A DNA stretch of 64,000 bases from Octopus vulgaris (GCA_951406725.2 OX597833.1:22754001-22818000), one strand, 5' to 3'; counted from the stretch's first letter, positions 40,651-53,035 are shown. Notes: generated by a model from the sequence alone, not told the origin. Program-made: numbers and translations.

Positions 40651-43597
40651 TGTTGTATGCAAGAAATAAGGTGGAGAGGAGGATCTGCTAGGTTCCTCAC
40701 AGGCAAGGAACACAGGTACAAGATTTTCTGGGCAGGGAACACTGACGGGGTTGGTGGCGTGGGTATACTTATCGCTGAGAAATGGATAGATAGAGTAATT
40801 GAGGTAATCAGAGTAAGTGACAGAATACTTAAGATTAGAATAGTGCTTCATAATAGATTAGCAACCATTATATCGGCCTATGCCCCTCAGCTAGGGCTAC
40901 CCGATGGACAGAAAGACAGTTTCTATGACACCCCACTGCAGACCACCTCATTGACGAACGACAGGGACCTTCTCCTTGTGGCTGGTGATTTCAATGGGCA
41001 TGTTGGACGACATGCTGGGGGCTTCCATGGCGTACATGGAGGCTACGGTTATGGTTCCCGCAACGAGGAGGGAACCAGGCTGCTGGAGTTCTGCGATGCG
41101 AATAGTCTTATGGTCTGCAACACTAACTTCAGGAAACCAACAAGCCACCTGGTCACCTACCGATCGGGCCGGCATACTAGCCAAATCGACTACATCCTTG
41201 CCAGAAAAAGGGAAAGATGGCTGCTTATAAATGTCAAAACCTTCCCGGGCGAAGAATGCACCCCACAACATAGACTGGTAGTTAGTGACTTTAGGATCAG
41301 GACTAAGAGGGCGACTAGAAGACGACCAACATGGAGAAGAAGGGTCTGGAAGCTTAAAGACCCTGCGAATGGACAGAGATTTAGAGATATGTTACTTGAA
41401 GCCTTTGACGAAGTGGAAGGGGGTATAGCTACACATGGGGTAGAAGACAACTGGACGTTTCTGAGGGACAACCTGCTGAAAGCCGCTGACCAGATCTGTG
41501 GCTGGTGCAAAGTCCCCTTAAGAAACCAAAATAACGTGGTGGTGGAACAATATTGTTGACAGGGCTATTAGACAAAAGAAACAGGCTTGGAAGGCCTGGA
41601 AGAACGGTGGTAGCAGGGAAGGGTATCAGACTGCCAGAAGGGAAGCTAGGAGACAGGTCTATCTAGCCAGAGGGGAAGCAGATAAGAGAAAATTTGCCAA
41701 TGTCCTGCGCCGTGAGGATGAAAGACTTGAGGTATTTCGTGTTGCAAGACAGTGTGTGAGAGAGAATCGTGATGTGGTAGGAGAGAAATGTGTTCGCATG
41801 GAGGATGGTTCACTTGCGCTAAATGAGGATGCAAAGAGAGAAGCTTGGAGACGCCACTATGAAAGGTTGCTGAATGAGGAAAATGAATGGGATAAAGAGA
41901 GTCTGCCGAATGTTGACCCTACAGAGGGACCAGCTATCCGAGTTGATAGTTCCGTGGTAGCTAAGGCAATTAGAAGCATGAAGACAGGGAAAGCCCCAGG
42001 CCCATCAGGAATTACTGCAGAGATGCTCAAAATATCTGGCAGTGTCGGCTATAACCTAGTCACCCGTATAGTCAACCAGGTGATACACGAAGGAGTCATA
42101 CCCAATGACTGGTGCAGCAGCATACTAGTCAACTGCTACAAAGGTAAAGGTGATGCCCTAGATACAAATAATTACAGAGGTATCAAGCTGTTGGATCAAG
42201 TAATGAAGGTTACGGAGAGGGTCATAGCCCAACTAATTAGAGAGAGAGTTAGTTTAGATGAGATGCAGTTTGGGTTCGTGCCAGGGAAAAGTACCACTGA
42301 TGCTATATTCCTGGTAAGGCAGCTGCAGGAGAAATACCTAGCCAAAGATAAGCCCCTGTACCTGGCTTTCGTTGACATGGAGAAAGCTTTTGATAGGGTC
42401 CCCCAATCCCTTATCTGGTGGTCAATGAGGAAACTAGGGATAGATGAATGGCTGGTGAGGACTGTGCAAGCCATGTACAGAGATGCCGTAAGTAAGGTTA
42501 GGGTTGGCAACATGTACACAGAAGAATTCAAAGTAGAGGTTGGGGTCCACCAGGGTTCAGTACTCAGCCCCCTCCTATTTATCATAGTACTCCAGGCAAT
42601 TACGGAGGAATTCAAGACAGGCTGTCCCTGGGAGCTCCTCTACGCTGACGACCTTGCTCTTATTGCTGAGTCACTATCAGAACTGGAGGAGAAGTTCCAG
42701 GTGTGGAAGGAGGGTTTAGAATCAAGGGGCCTTAGAGTCAACCTAGCTAAAACCAAAGTACTAATAAGTAGGAAGGTAGACAATCCACAAATGTCTTCAG
42801 GAAGATGGCCCTGCTCGATCTGTAGAAAAGGTGTAGGTAGAAACTCTATAAGATGTACCCAGTGTAAGCTATGGACACATAAGAGGTGCAGCAATGTCAA
42901 AGGTAGGCTAACTGGGAAGATAGTTTTTGTATGTGGCAGATGCTCGAGAGCATTAACCTCCGAAAATCTGCAGAAAACAACTTCCGTCACTTTCCAGGGG
43001 GAAAAACTAGAAGTAGTTGATAGCTTCTGTTATCTAGGTGACCAAGTCAGTAGTGGGGGTGGGTGCGCTGAAAGTGTAACTGCTAGAATAAGAATAGCCT
43101 GGGCAAAGTTTAGGGAGCTCTTACCTCTGCTGGTGACTAAAGGCCTCTCGCTCAGAGTAAAAGGCAGACTGTATGATGCGTGTGTACGAACAGCCATGCT
43201 ACATGGCAGCGAAACATGGGCCGTGACTGCTGAGGACATGCGTAAGCTCGTGAGGAATGAAGCCAGTATGCTCCGTTGGATGTGTAATGTCAGTGTACAT
43301 ACTCGACAGAGCGTTAGCACCTTGAGAGAAATGTTGTACCTAAGAAGCATCAGTTGTGGTGTGCAAGAGAGACGATTGTGCTGGTATGGTCATGTGGCGA
43401 GAATGGATGAAGATAGGTGTGTGAGAAAGTGCCAATCCCTAGCAGTTGAGGGAACCCGTGGAAGAGGTAGACCCAGGAAAACCTGGGACGAGGTGGTGAA
43501 GCACGACCTTCGAACTTTAGGCCTCACTGAGGAAATGACCAGCGACCGAGACCTTTGGAAATATTCTGTACGTGAGAAGACCAGGCAGGACAAGTGA
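40651..43597 (+). pseudogene. LINE EN-RT polyprotein, single frameshift
   Basis: The second frame (ITWWWNNIVDRAIRQKK...) is open from ~41525 into ORF 41756-43597. Confidence 0.85.
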
Positions 43598-43693
43598 GCC
43601 CAGCCCACTTATGAATGCCTTTCCTCCCTTGGACACAAAGACCTGTTGAGGCAAGCGAAGTCGATATAGAACCTCATCCGACGACAAACACCC

Positions 43694-44135
43694 ATGCCAA
43701 CCCCCCATGCTTGCGAAGACATGTTGGGGCAAGCGAAATCGAAATCGAAACCGAATTGAACCAGCCAGGATCCCTGGCCTGGTGGTACGAAAAAAGCACT
43801 ATCCGACTCGTGGCCGTGGCACGTAATATACTCCAATGCAACCGTACGACAGGCACCTATGCCAACCCCCTTTGCTTGTGAAGACATGTTGGGGCAAGCG
43901 AAATCGAAATCGAATTGAACCAGCCAGGATCCCTGGCCTGGTGGTACGTAAAAAGCACTATCCGACTCGTGGCCGTGGCACGTAATATACACCAATGCAA
44001 CCGTACGACAGGCACCTATGCCAACCCCCTTTGCTTGTGAAGACATGTTGGGGCAAGCGAAATCGAAATCGAATTGAACCAGCCAGGATCCCTGGTCTGG
44101 TGGTACGTAAAAAGCACTATCCGACTCGTGGCCGA
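43694..44135 (+). repeat. ~160-bp tandem repeat x2.7 in the LINE 3' UTR
   Basis: gacatgttggggc recurs at 43718, 43883 and 44042. Confidence 0.9.
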
Positions 44136-44421
44136 TGCCAGCACCGCCTCGACTGGCTTCCATGCCGGTGGCACATAAAATACACCAATCTGACCGTGGC
44201 CGTTGCCAGTCTCGCCCGGCACCTGTGCAGGTGGCACGTAAAAAGCACCCACTACACTCACGGAGTGGTTGGCATTAGGAAGGGCATCCAGCTGTAGAAA
44301 CATTGCCAGATTAGACTGGAGCCTGGTGCAGCCTTCTGGCTTCCCAGAATCCCGGTCGAACCGTCCAACCCATGCTAGCATGGAGAACGGACGTTAAACG
44401 ATGATGATGATGATGATGATG

Positions 44422-44455
<34 letters not shown>

Positions 44456-44501
44456 TGACTGCGTTGAAGATCGTGTGGCACCAGACATCAAGGTCCGCAG
44501 C

Positions 44502-46860
44502 CAAGGAGATCCAGGAATTACTAGCAAGGAAGAGGGCAGCTCATTAGGCCCACCTCGCACAACCAGCCTGTCCTGTAAAGAAAACTACCTTTCGACGCGC
44601 ATGCAGCACCCTACAGCGAAAACTCAGAGAAATGCAGAACGTGTGGTGGAACCACCTGGCATGGAGAACCTCAGAGACTATAGAGGCTTTTATGAGGCTC
44701 TGAAAGCAGTGTCTGGCCCCACCTACCTGGTCCAGAGTCCTCTGCACAGTTCAGATGGACAGGACCTCACCGATAACACCTCCATCCTCGCTCGCTGGTC
44801 CGAGCACTTCCAAAGCCTCTTCAGTGCTAACCGTACCATACAGGACGCTGCCATCCTTCGCATTCCTCAACTTCCACTCAAAGAGGAGCTCAACAAACCA
44901 CCCACCCTCGAAGAAACGATTGAAGCCATTGGTGGTTAATATGACATGCTGTTAGAGACTTCTTGAGGCAGTCTTTGTAGCGCTTCCTCAGAGCTCCTCT
45001 CACACGGTGGCCGATGGAGAGTTCGCCAAACTGGGCAATCTTAGGTAGGCAATGGTTCTCCATTCTGGAGACATGCCCTGCCCATCGGAGGTGGGACTTC
45101 AGTAGCATGGCTTCAATGCTGGGGATCTCGGCCCGCTCCAAGACTTCAATATTTGTGACGAAATCACTCCAGTGAATGTTGAGGATGGTGCGGAGACATC
45201 GTTGGTGGAAGCGCTCGAGGAGACGGATGTGACTGCGGTAAGTAATCCAGGTCTCTGAGCCATAGAGAAGAGTGGTGAGAACCACGGCCCTGTAGATAAC
45301 TGATCTTTGTTTTGTTCTTCAAGTTATCATTGTGCCAAACACGTTTGTACAATCTGCAAAAGGACCTATTTGCCTTAGAGAGTCTATTTTCAATTTCTTT
45401 GTCGATCCTTGCATCGAATGAGATGATGCAGCCCAGGTATGTAAACTGCTGAGTTGATTTCAGTTTGGTACCACATATAGTGATATGGGGTGGGCGGTAA
45501 TCCTCTTGGGCTGTAGTTGGTGAAGTACCTCCGTCTTCTTGAGGCTGACTGCCAGGCCAAAGAGCCGTGAGGCGTCTGCAAGGCAGGATGTGATGCGCTG
45601 CAGAGCTCGCTCTATATGGGCGACAAGGACAGCGTCGTCTGTGAAGAGAAGGTCTTGGATCAGCCTCTCCTGGGTCTTGGTGTGGGCTTGGAGGCGCCAT
45701 AGATTGAAGAGGCTGCCATCAAGACAATACCTAACACACCCCATCCTCATCCTCCATTTCTTCAGTTGCATGCTTGATCATCATGCTGAAGAGAGCCGGT
45801 GCCAGGACACATCCCTGCTTCATGCCGTTGGAGATGGGGAAGGGCTCCGACAGGTCACCATTGAGTCTTATCTGACCACGCTGATTCTCGTGCAGCAAGA
45901 TCACCATCTGTAGAAACTTGGTGGGACAGCCAAGTCGTTCCAGGATGAGCCATAGTCCTGTCCTGCTCACTGTGTCAAATGCTTTTGTGAGGTCGACAAA
46001 AGCAGCATAGAGTCCCCTGTTTTGTTCTCGACATTTCTCCTGGAGTTGGCAGAGGACGAACACCATATCCGTTGTGCCTCTGTTGGCTCTGAGGCCACAC
46101 TGGCTCTTGGGGAGGTTTTCTTCAGCAATGGTTGGTACTAGCCTATTGAGCAGGATCCTGGCAAGTACTTTGTCGGCGATGGAGAGTAGGGTGATTCCCT
46201 GGTAGTTGAAGCAGTCAGACTTTTCACCCTTGTTCTTGTACAGGGTTATGATGACGGTGTCGTGAAGATCCTGTGGCAGCTTGCTCTGCTCCCAGCAGCA
46301 GACAAGAAAATCATGGAGCATTGGACCTTCATTCTTCCAGATTTCTGGTGGGATGCCGTCAACTCCTGCTGCTTTGCGACTCTTGAGTTTTCCTATGGCT
46401 TCAATCGTTTCTTCGAGGGTGGGTGGTTTGTTGAGCTCCTCTTTGAGTGGAAGTTGAGGAATGCGAAGGATGGCAGCGTCCTGTATGGTACGGTTAGCAC
46501 TAAAGAGGCTTTGGAAGTGCTCGGACCAGCGAGCGAGGATGGAGGTGTTATCGGTGAGGTCCTGTCCATCTGAACTGTGCAGAGGACTCTGGACCAGGTA
46601 GGTGGGGCCATACACTGCTTTCAGAGCCTCATAAAAGCATCTATAGTCTCTGAGGTTCTCCATGCCAGGTGGTTCCACCACACGTTCTGCATTTCTCTGA
46701 GTTTTCGCTGTAGGGTGCTGCATGCGCGTCGAAAGGTAGTTTTCTTTACAGGACAGGCTGGTTGTGCGAGGTAGGCCTAATGAGCTGCCCTCTTCCTTGC
46801 TAGTAATTCCTGGATCTCCTTGTCATTTTCATCAAACTAGAAGCTGAGGACTACTGAAGA
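44502..46860 (-). mobile_element. Second RTE (BovB-like) LINE fragment with an inverted duplication of its 5' part
   Basis: Minus strand RWSEHFQSL, KAAGVDGIPPE, FVDLTKAFD, GMKQGC, LFTDD, YLG, LLYGSETW, LRWAGHV, with frameshifts; 44502-44929 is the reverse complement of 46395-46822. Confidence 0.9.
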
Positions 46861-47649
46861 TCTGTATGGGAAACAATTGAGGAAATCAGTGAACAAACTG
46901 TATGACTAAAAGAACTCATGCTGGACTACTGCCAGCATGTTTAGCAAAAACATTATGAAATAGTTGGTGAAATATTGAAAGCTGTTCTAGAAAAAATGGG
47001 AAAGAAGAAATCTCCAGACCTAGGCCTAATAACAAGTTACTGGCTGAAGAATTTTACCTTTTATTGGCAAGATTTATACACTACAAATGATCATGTTATA
47101 CAAATCTTCAAGACCTTAAGATTTAAAGATGATGAACAAAACAAGATACTCTCTTTCACAACCTTGCTACCAAGCAGGTGGCCAGTTTGTCAGGAGTCTG
47201 TGAGGGGCTCCACACTAAAAGTGAATGGAATTATGAAGAGCTTTATTTAACAAAAGTAAATAAAAGAATAACAATATGTTTTATAAGCTATCCACAGTCC
47301 AATACAAATAGTTAGAATTGCTTTTCATTAACCTGGGGAATTGATTGTTCCTCTTTCCAAATATTTAGCACTGTCAGGTGCGACATACTAAACTACCCCC
47401 AAACTTTTTTAAAATATAAAATAGCTGGAGATGGGGGCCATATGTTTTTAAAACTGAACATTCAGACCATCTTTGCTATAGTACATTTGTTGAAAAAATT
47501 AATAATAATAACGATAATAGAAATAATACAAATGATGTTAATAAATGCATGATGATTTAACACCAGAATACCTGGACAAGTCTTTATGTTACCTTTATTT
47601 TTCTGTTATTGGAGCCTATTATGAACATTACTGTTGTTTCTCAGTTTTG

Positions 47650-48212
47650 AAACTGATTTATATACATCCTGCAGACATGGCACTGCATCTGGTATATTCC
47701 AATAATCACATATTGTCACAAGGAATGGGTTTTTCCAATATGACTTCAAAATGGAACCAAAATATTTGGATGCATGAACTCAATGGTTTTGGCAATTTTG
47801 TTTGATGCCTAACATTTCTGACAATACACAAATCCAAACATCATGAGCATGAGCATTTTGTTCTTCAATGATGCCAGATAGAGTTTGTTGATTACATTAA
47901 TATGTGCTATGTAACCAACACCATGACAATATATAGGATAGTTCTCCCCTTGATACAACATTTTCTCACTGAGTTCACGGAATTTTTTGTTTTTGTGATG
48001 GTCTGATTTTCTTCCAGGAAAGCAATTACAAAATGCAAAATGATTATCATAATCAACTTGAGACAAATCATAATGAAGAAATGGCAGAAGTTTGATCTGG
48101 TCAACAAAAAGTTCATCATTTAATACCATAACATATTCCACATTGGCACAAAACTCCACACTCCACTTCCATGCCATAAGTGTCTTTAAGTAGACATTAC
48201 CATAAGAATGTT
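47650..48212 (-). pseudogene. Beta-1,3-galactosyltransferase (GT31) fragment, disrupted
   Basis: SYGNVYLKTLMAWKWSVEFCANVEYVMVLNDELFV and YPIYCHGVGY match GT31 motifs; DxD is altered to NDE, there is a frameshift near 47845, and no N-terminus was found. Confidence 0.7.
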
Positions 48213-48851
48213 GGAGAGAGTCTAAGAAATGTCTGTAGGTAAGACTTTATATGAAGGGTGTATAATTTTTTGGGTGGTGGTAATAATAATAATCATAATA
48301 CCACCTTGGGGTCCTTTCGATTAGTACTGAGGAGAGGGGATGAAGGATGAAGACTGATAAGTTTTTTGAGGGGATGGGTAGGGATTCCTTCTATTTTGTT
48401 ATACAACCTTTTCATTTTTTTTTACAAAATATATATGTATGCATATAAAGGAGGGGAAGGGAAACGGCAATGAGTGGAGTTATTCATGTTTCTTTTCTTT
48501 CTTTTTTTTTTTTTAATATTTTTAAATATTCATTTCAGTTCACAGTTCTCTACAACTAGACCAAAAAAAAAAAAGTGAAAAATCACTCACACATATTACA
48601 GAATGGAGTTGGACAAGTGATGTGTAGTTAGAAGAATGCTTTTTCTCACCCAGAGTTTTACACCAAATCCAGTTCCATCGAACTAATATTCATAGATCTG
48701 CTCTTGCTCCCACCCCTGCATTACATTACACCCACCAATGTTAAGGCTTTTTTGTTAATGTCATTGTTGTTGTGGTGTGGTAAATGGTTCAATAGACCCT
48801 CTCACCCTAACGTGTTTATGTTAAGTTCTTTTCTTCAAAGATTCTCAAAGT

Positions 48852-49867
48852 TCAGAGTCCGTACTTCAGCCTCCAATTTTCTCTGTTGGAAACTAACAAA
48901 ATCTCTGCCCTGCTCCCCACCTCTCCTTTCCACTTCTTCCTCCTCCTCATCCTCCTCCACCTCCTCATCGCCATCATCACTCGACGTCTTGCCTTCGAAC
49001 GATGTGAGAGAACATGGCGTTGGTGGCATGGCAGAGAGTCGACTTTACCGACGATAGCCTCCAAGTTTCTCCGTTGGAAAGTTACAAAATCTCTGCCCTG
49101 CTCCCCACCTTTCCTTTCCACTTCTGCCTCCTCCTCCTCCTCCTCCTCCTCATCGGCATCATCACTCGACGTGTTGCCTTCGAACGATGTGAGGGAACAT
49201 GGCGTTGGTGGCGTGGCAGAGAGTCGACTTTGCCGACGATGACGGGCATTGCAACTGCTGCTGTTGTTTCGTGCCTCACCACTTCTACAGCACTGTTTGT
49301 CCGACACTACTGCACCTGTATCCAGTGACCCGTCAGATGCTGATGATGTCGAAGAGGAAGGAGAAGGGTAACTACTAGTACTCAAGTTTGTTGCTGACAC
49401 TTCTGTTTCTGAACTTGTTGCCCGACCTTTGTCAAGGCTTGTGTTTTTCTTCTTGCGGGTTATCCGGTAGTCTTTTGAATCTTTCCCTTCCTTGTGCAGG
49501 ATCTGAGTTAGCTTTCGACGACGTGCGTTGTTGAACCTGTCCTCAGAGGCAATCACACTTTTTTCTCGGGGTGTTGCTGCTACTGCTGCTGTAGATTTTG
49601 CAGAAGGCACTACACGGGAGGCAATGACAGAATTCATGGGATTTTCAACAACAGGTTGAAGCAGTGAGAGCTTGGCAAAGGGCTTGACCTGCCGAGAAAA
49701 TGGAGTGCTACAGATCTGATCTGGCAGTAGCAAGGTCTCCTCTTTTATAGCAACAGACTTCAGTGGAAAGTTCACATGGTGGTGGTCGTGATGTTGGTGA
49801 TGATGGCTGTTATATATGGAATATGTTGTTAATGGATCTACACTGGGCTCTGCTTTGATCTTGGTTA
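48852..49867 (-). CDS. TGIF-like exon copy A: homeodomain deleted in frame, retains the Ser/acidic C-terminus
   Basis: ttttcag|TA acceptor; EDR is joined directly to FNNARRRKLTQILHKEGKDSKDYRITRKK; a 185-bp internal duplication shifts the frame of the tail. Could be a pseudo-exon. Confidence 0.6.
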
Positions 49868-50771
49868 CTGAAAAAGAAAAAATATTCATGAGGATCAATA
49901 CAAAGAAAATAAATTTAAGTAATACTTTATCAAATAAAGAAAGACGAAAAGCTTAACTTCTTTTATTACCAACCTCCTTGAGACTGCTCTTTCTTCTGCA
50001 ATACTATCCTTCTGTTTTATCAAAATTCACATTAATTTATGTTCTAAGAACTAACTAGATTCTTTAATAATTTCAAAATTAATTGAACTGAATGCATTGT
50101 ATATCAATAGAAATATGGTAATGAAAGGATTCAGTCAACACTGGTACGTAACTAAATACCTCTAAGTATAGGTCACATACACTTGTCAAATCAAAGCAAA
50201 TATGTAAATTAGTTGACCTGTCCTGCATCTATGCTATGGGTCATTCAGCATTAACAATGAGTAAGTGGGGTTTAACAACAAAGCTAACAGCTCAGGCTCC
50301 AAGTAAAGAAATAATTTCTAACACAGCTTATTAAGCTGGAGGAGTCAATTTCTTAGACTAGTCATTATTCTTGTCCCCTCTTAGAAGAATAAAAGCTAAA
50401 GTCAACCCTGAGGGAGTTTGAACTCAAAATGTAAAATGGGTAAGGCACAATTTCTGAAGACCTACCAGGTACCTAACTTCCTTATCATAATAATAGTAAT
50501 CACAACACCAACCTATTATAGGCACAAGGCCTGAAACTTGGTGGGAGGGAATGGTCAATTACACTGATCCTGGCACTTATTTCTATCAACTCAAAGAATG
50601 AAAGGCCAAGTCAACCTTGGCAGAATTTGAACGCAGAACACAATGATGGATGAAATGCTGCTGAGTATTTTGTTCAAAGTACTAATGATTCTGCCGCTCA
50701 CAGCCACAATTCCTTAAATAACCCTCTCTACTACAGGCACAAGGTGTGAAATATGGAGGTAAGGGGAATAG

Positions 50772-51297
50772 TCAATCATATAAACTGGTAGGAGAAGGGT
50801 AACTGCTATTACTCAAGTTTGTTGTTGACACTTCTGTTTCTGAACTTGTTGCTCGACCTTTGTCAAGGCTTGTGTTTTTCTTCTTGCGGGTTATCCGGTA
50901 GTCTTTTGAATCTTTCCCTTCCTTGTGCAGGATCTGAGTTAGCTTTCGACGACGTGCGTTGTTGAACCTGTCCTCAGAGGCAATCACACTTTTTCTCGGG
51001 GTGTTGCTGCTACTGCTGCTGTAGATTTTGCAGAAGGCACTACACGGGAGGCAATGACAGAATTCATGGGATTTTCAACAACAGGTTGAAGCAGTGAGAG
51101 CTTGGCAAAGGGCTTGACCTGCCGAGAAAATGGAGTGCTACAGATCTGATCTGGCAGTAGCAAGGTCTCCTCTTTTATAGCAACAGACTTCAGTGGTAAG
51201 TTCACATGGTAGTGGTCGTGATGTTGGTGATGATGGCTGTTATATGTGGAATATGTTGTTAATGGATCTACACTGGGCTCTGCTTTGATCTTGGTTA
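50772..51297 (-). pseudogene. TGIF-like exon copy B: homeodomain deleted, 1-bp frameshift, truncated 3' end
   Basis: Same deletion junction as A; T5 instead of T6 run at ~50990; ends PSPTSLYD*. Confidence 0.7.
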
Positions 51298-52212
51298 CTG
51301 AAAAAGAAAAAAGGAAAAAAAAATATTCATGAGGATCAATACAAAGAAAATAAATTTAAGTAATACTTTATCAAATAAAGAAAGACGAAAAGCTTAACTT
51401 CTTTTATTACCAACCTCCTTGAGACTGCTCTTTCTTCTGCAATACTATCCTTCTGTTTTATCAAAATTCACATTAATTTATGTTCTAAAAACTAACTAGA
51501 TTCTTTATTAATTTCAAAATTAATTGAACTGAATGCAGTGTATATCAATAGAAATATGGTAATGAAAGGATTCAGTCAACACTGGTACATAACTAAATAC
51601 CTCTAAGTATAGGTCACATACACTTGTCAAATCAAAGCAAATATGTAAATTAGTTGACCTGTCCTGTATCTATGCTATGGATCATTCAGCATTAACAATG
51701 AGTAAGTGGGGTTTAACAACAAAGCTAACAGCTCAGGCTCCAAGTAAAGAAATAATTTCTAACACAGCTTATTAAGCTGGAGGAGTCAATTTCTTAGACT
51801 AGTCATTATTCTAGTCCCCTCTTAGAAGAATAAAAGCTAAAGTCATTCCTGAGGGAGTTTGAACTCAAAATGTAAAACAGGTAAGGCACAATTTCTGAAG
51901 ACCTACCAGGTACCTAACTTCCTTATCATAATAATAGTAATCACAACACCAACCTATTATAGGCACAAGGCCTGAAACTTGGTGGGAGGGAATGGTCAAT
52001 TACACTGATCCTGGCACTTATTTCTATCAACTCAAAGAATGAAAGGCCAAGTCAACCTTGGTAGAATTTCAACGCAGAACACAATGATGGATGAAATGCT
52101 GCTGAGTATTTTGTTTAAAGTACTAATGATTCTGCCGCTCACAGCCACAATTCCTTAAATAACCCTCTCTACTACAGGCACAAGGTGTGAAATACGGAGG
52201 TAAGGGGAATAG

Positions 52213-52907
52213 TCAATCATATAAACTGGTAGGAGAAGGGTAACTGCTATTACTCAAGTTTGTTGTTGACACTTCTGTTTCTGAACTTGTTGCTCGACCT
52301 TTGTCAAGGCTTGTGTTTTTCTTCTTGCGGGTTATCCGGTAGTCTTTTGAATCTTTCCCTTCCTTGTGCAGGATCTGAGTTAGCTTTCGATGACGTGCGT
52401 TGACGAACCAGGCTGACACCTGTTTCTGCTTTATGTTCAGACTAGTTGCCATCTTCAGTATATCATCCTCACTGGGATACGCACGGTAGCGGTTCGACTT
52501 GAGCCAATCAGTCATAACATGAACTGCCTTTTTTGGCAGATTTCCTCGAACCCGTCGTTTGCACCTGTCCTCGGAGGCAATCACATTTTTATCTCGGGGT
52601 GCTGCTGCTACTGCTGCTGTAGATTTTGCAGAAGGCACTACACGGGAGGCAATGACAGAATTCATGGGATTTTCAACAACAGGTTGAAGCGGTGAGAGCT
52701 TGGCAAAGGGCTTGACCTGCCGAGAAAATGGAGGGTCTATTGGATTGCTACAGATCTGATCTGGCAGTAGCAAGGTCTCCTCTTTTATAGCAACAGACTT
52801 CAGTGGTAAGTTCACATGGTGGTGGTCGTGATGTTGGTGATGATGGCTGTCATATGTGGAATATGTTGTTAATGGATCTACACTGGGCTCTGCTTTGATC
52901 TTGGTTA
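52213..52907 (-). CDS. TGIF: TGIF-type TALE homeobox exon, copy C (intact homeodomain)
   Basis: RRVRGNLPKKAVHVMTDWLKSNRYRAYPSEDDILKMATSLNIKQKQVSAWFVNARHRKL has the TALE AYP loop and RGNLPK arm, followed by a TGIF-like post-homeodomain segment ILHKEGKDSKDYRITRKK. Family-level call only. Confidence 0.85.
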
Positions 52908-53009
52908 CTGAAAAAGAAAAAATATTCATGAGGATCAATACAAAGAAAATAAATTTAAGTAATACTTTATCAAATAAAGAAAGACGAAAAGCTTAACTTC
53001 TTTTATTAC

Positions 53010-53035
53010 CAACCTCCTTGAGACTGCTCTTTCTT
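53010..53035 (-). CDS. Candidate micro-exon upstream of the homeobox exon (present in all four copies)
   Basis: ttgcag| acceptor with donor gtaata (26 nt) or gttggt (22 nt); both are frame-compatible with the phase-1 acceptor. The pyrimidine tract is weak. Confidence 0.3.

Larger units (their letters stand above)
40651..44421 (+). mobile_element. Near full-length RTE-clade LINE (APE endonuclease + RT + PHD-like finger, long 3' UTR, (GAT)n tail)
   Basis: APE motifs MQE, SAYAP, GDFNGH, QIDYIL, QHRLV; RT motifs NYRGI, FVDMEKAFD, GVHQGS, YADD. One +1 frameshift near 41521-41526; 5' end truncated at CCMQE; (TA)n on both sides. Confidence 0.95.

Noticed and set aside
42196-43608. Antisense ORFs over the LINE
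   Set aside because: Shadow frames of the RT coding sequence.
46975-47250. ORF with KKSPDLGLITSYWLK
   Set aside because: Probably a tiny R4-like RT remnant; too short and degraded to call.
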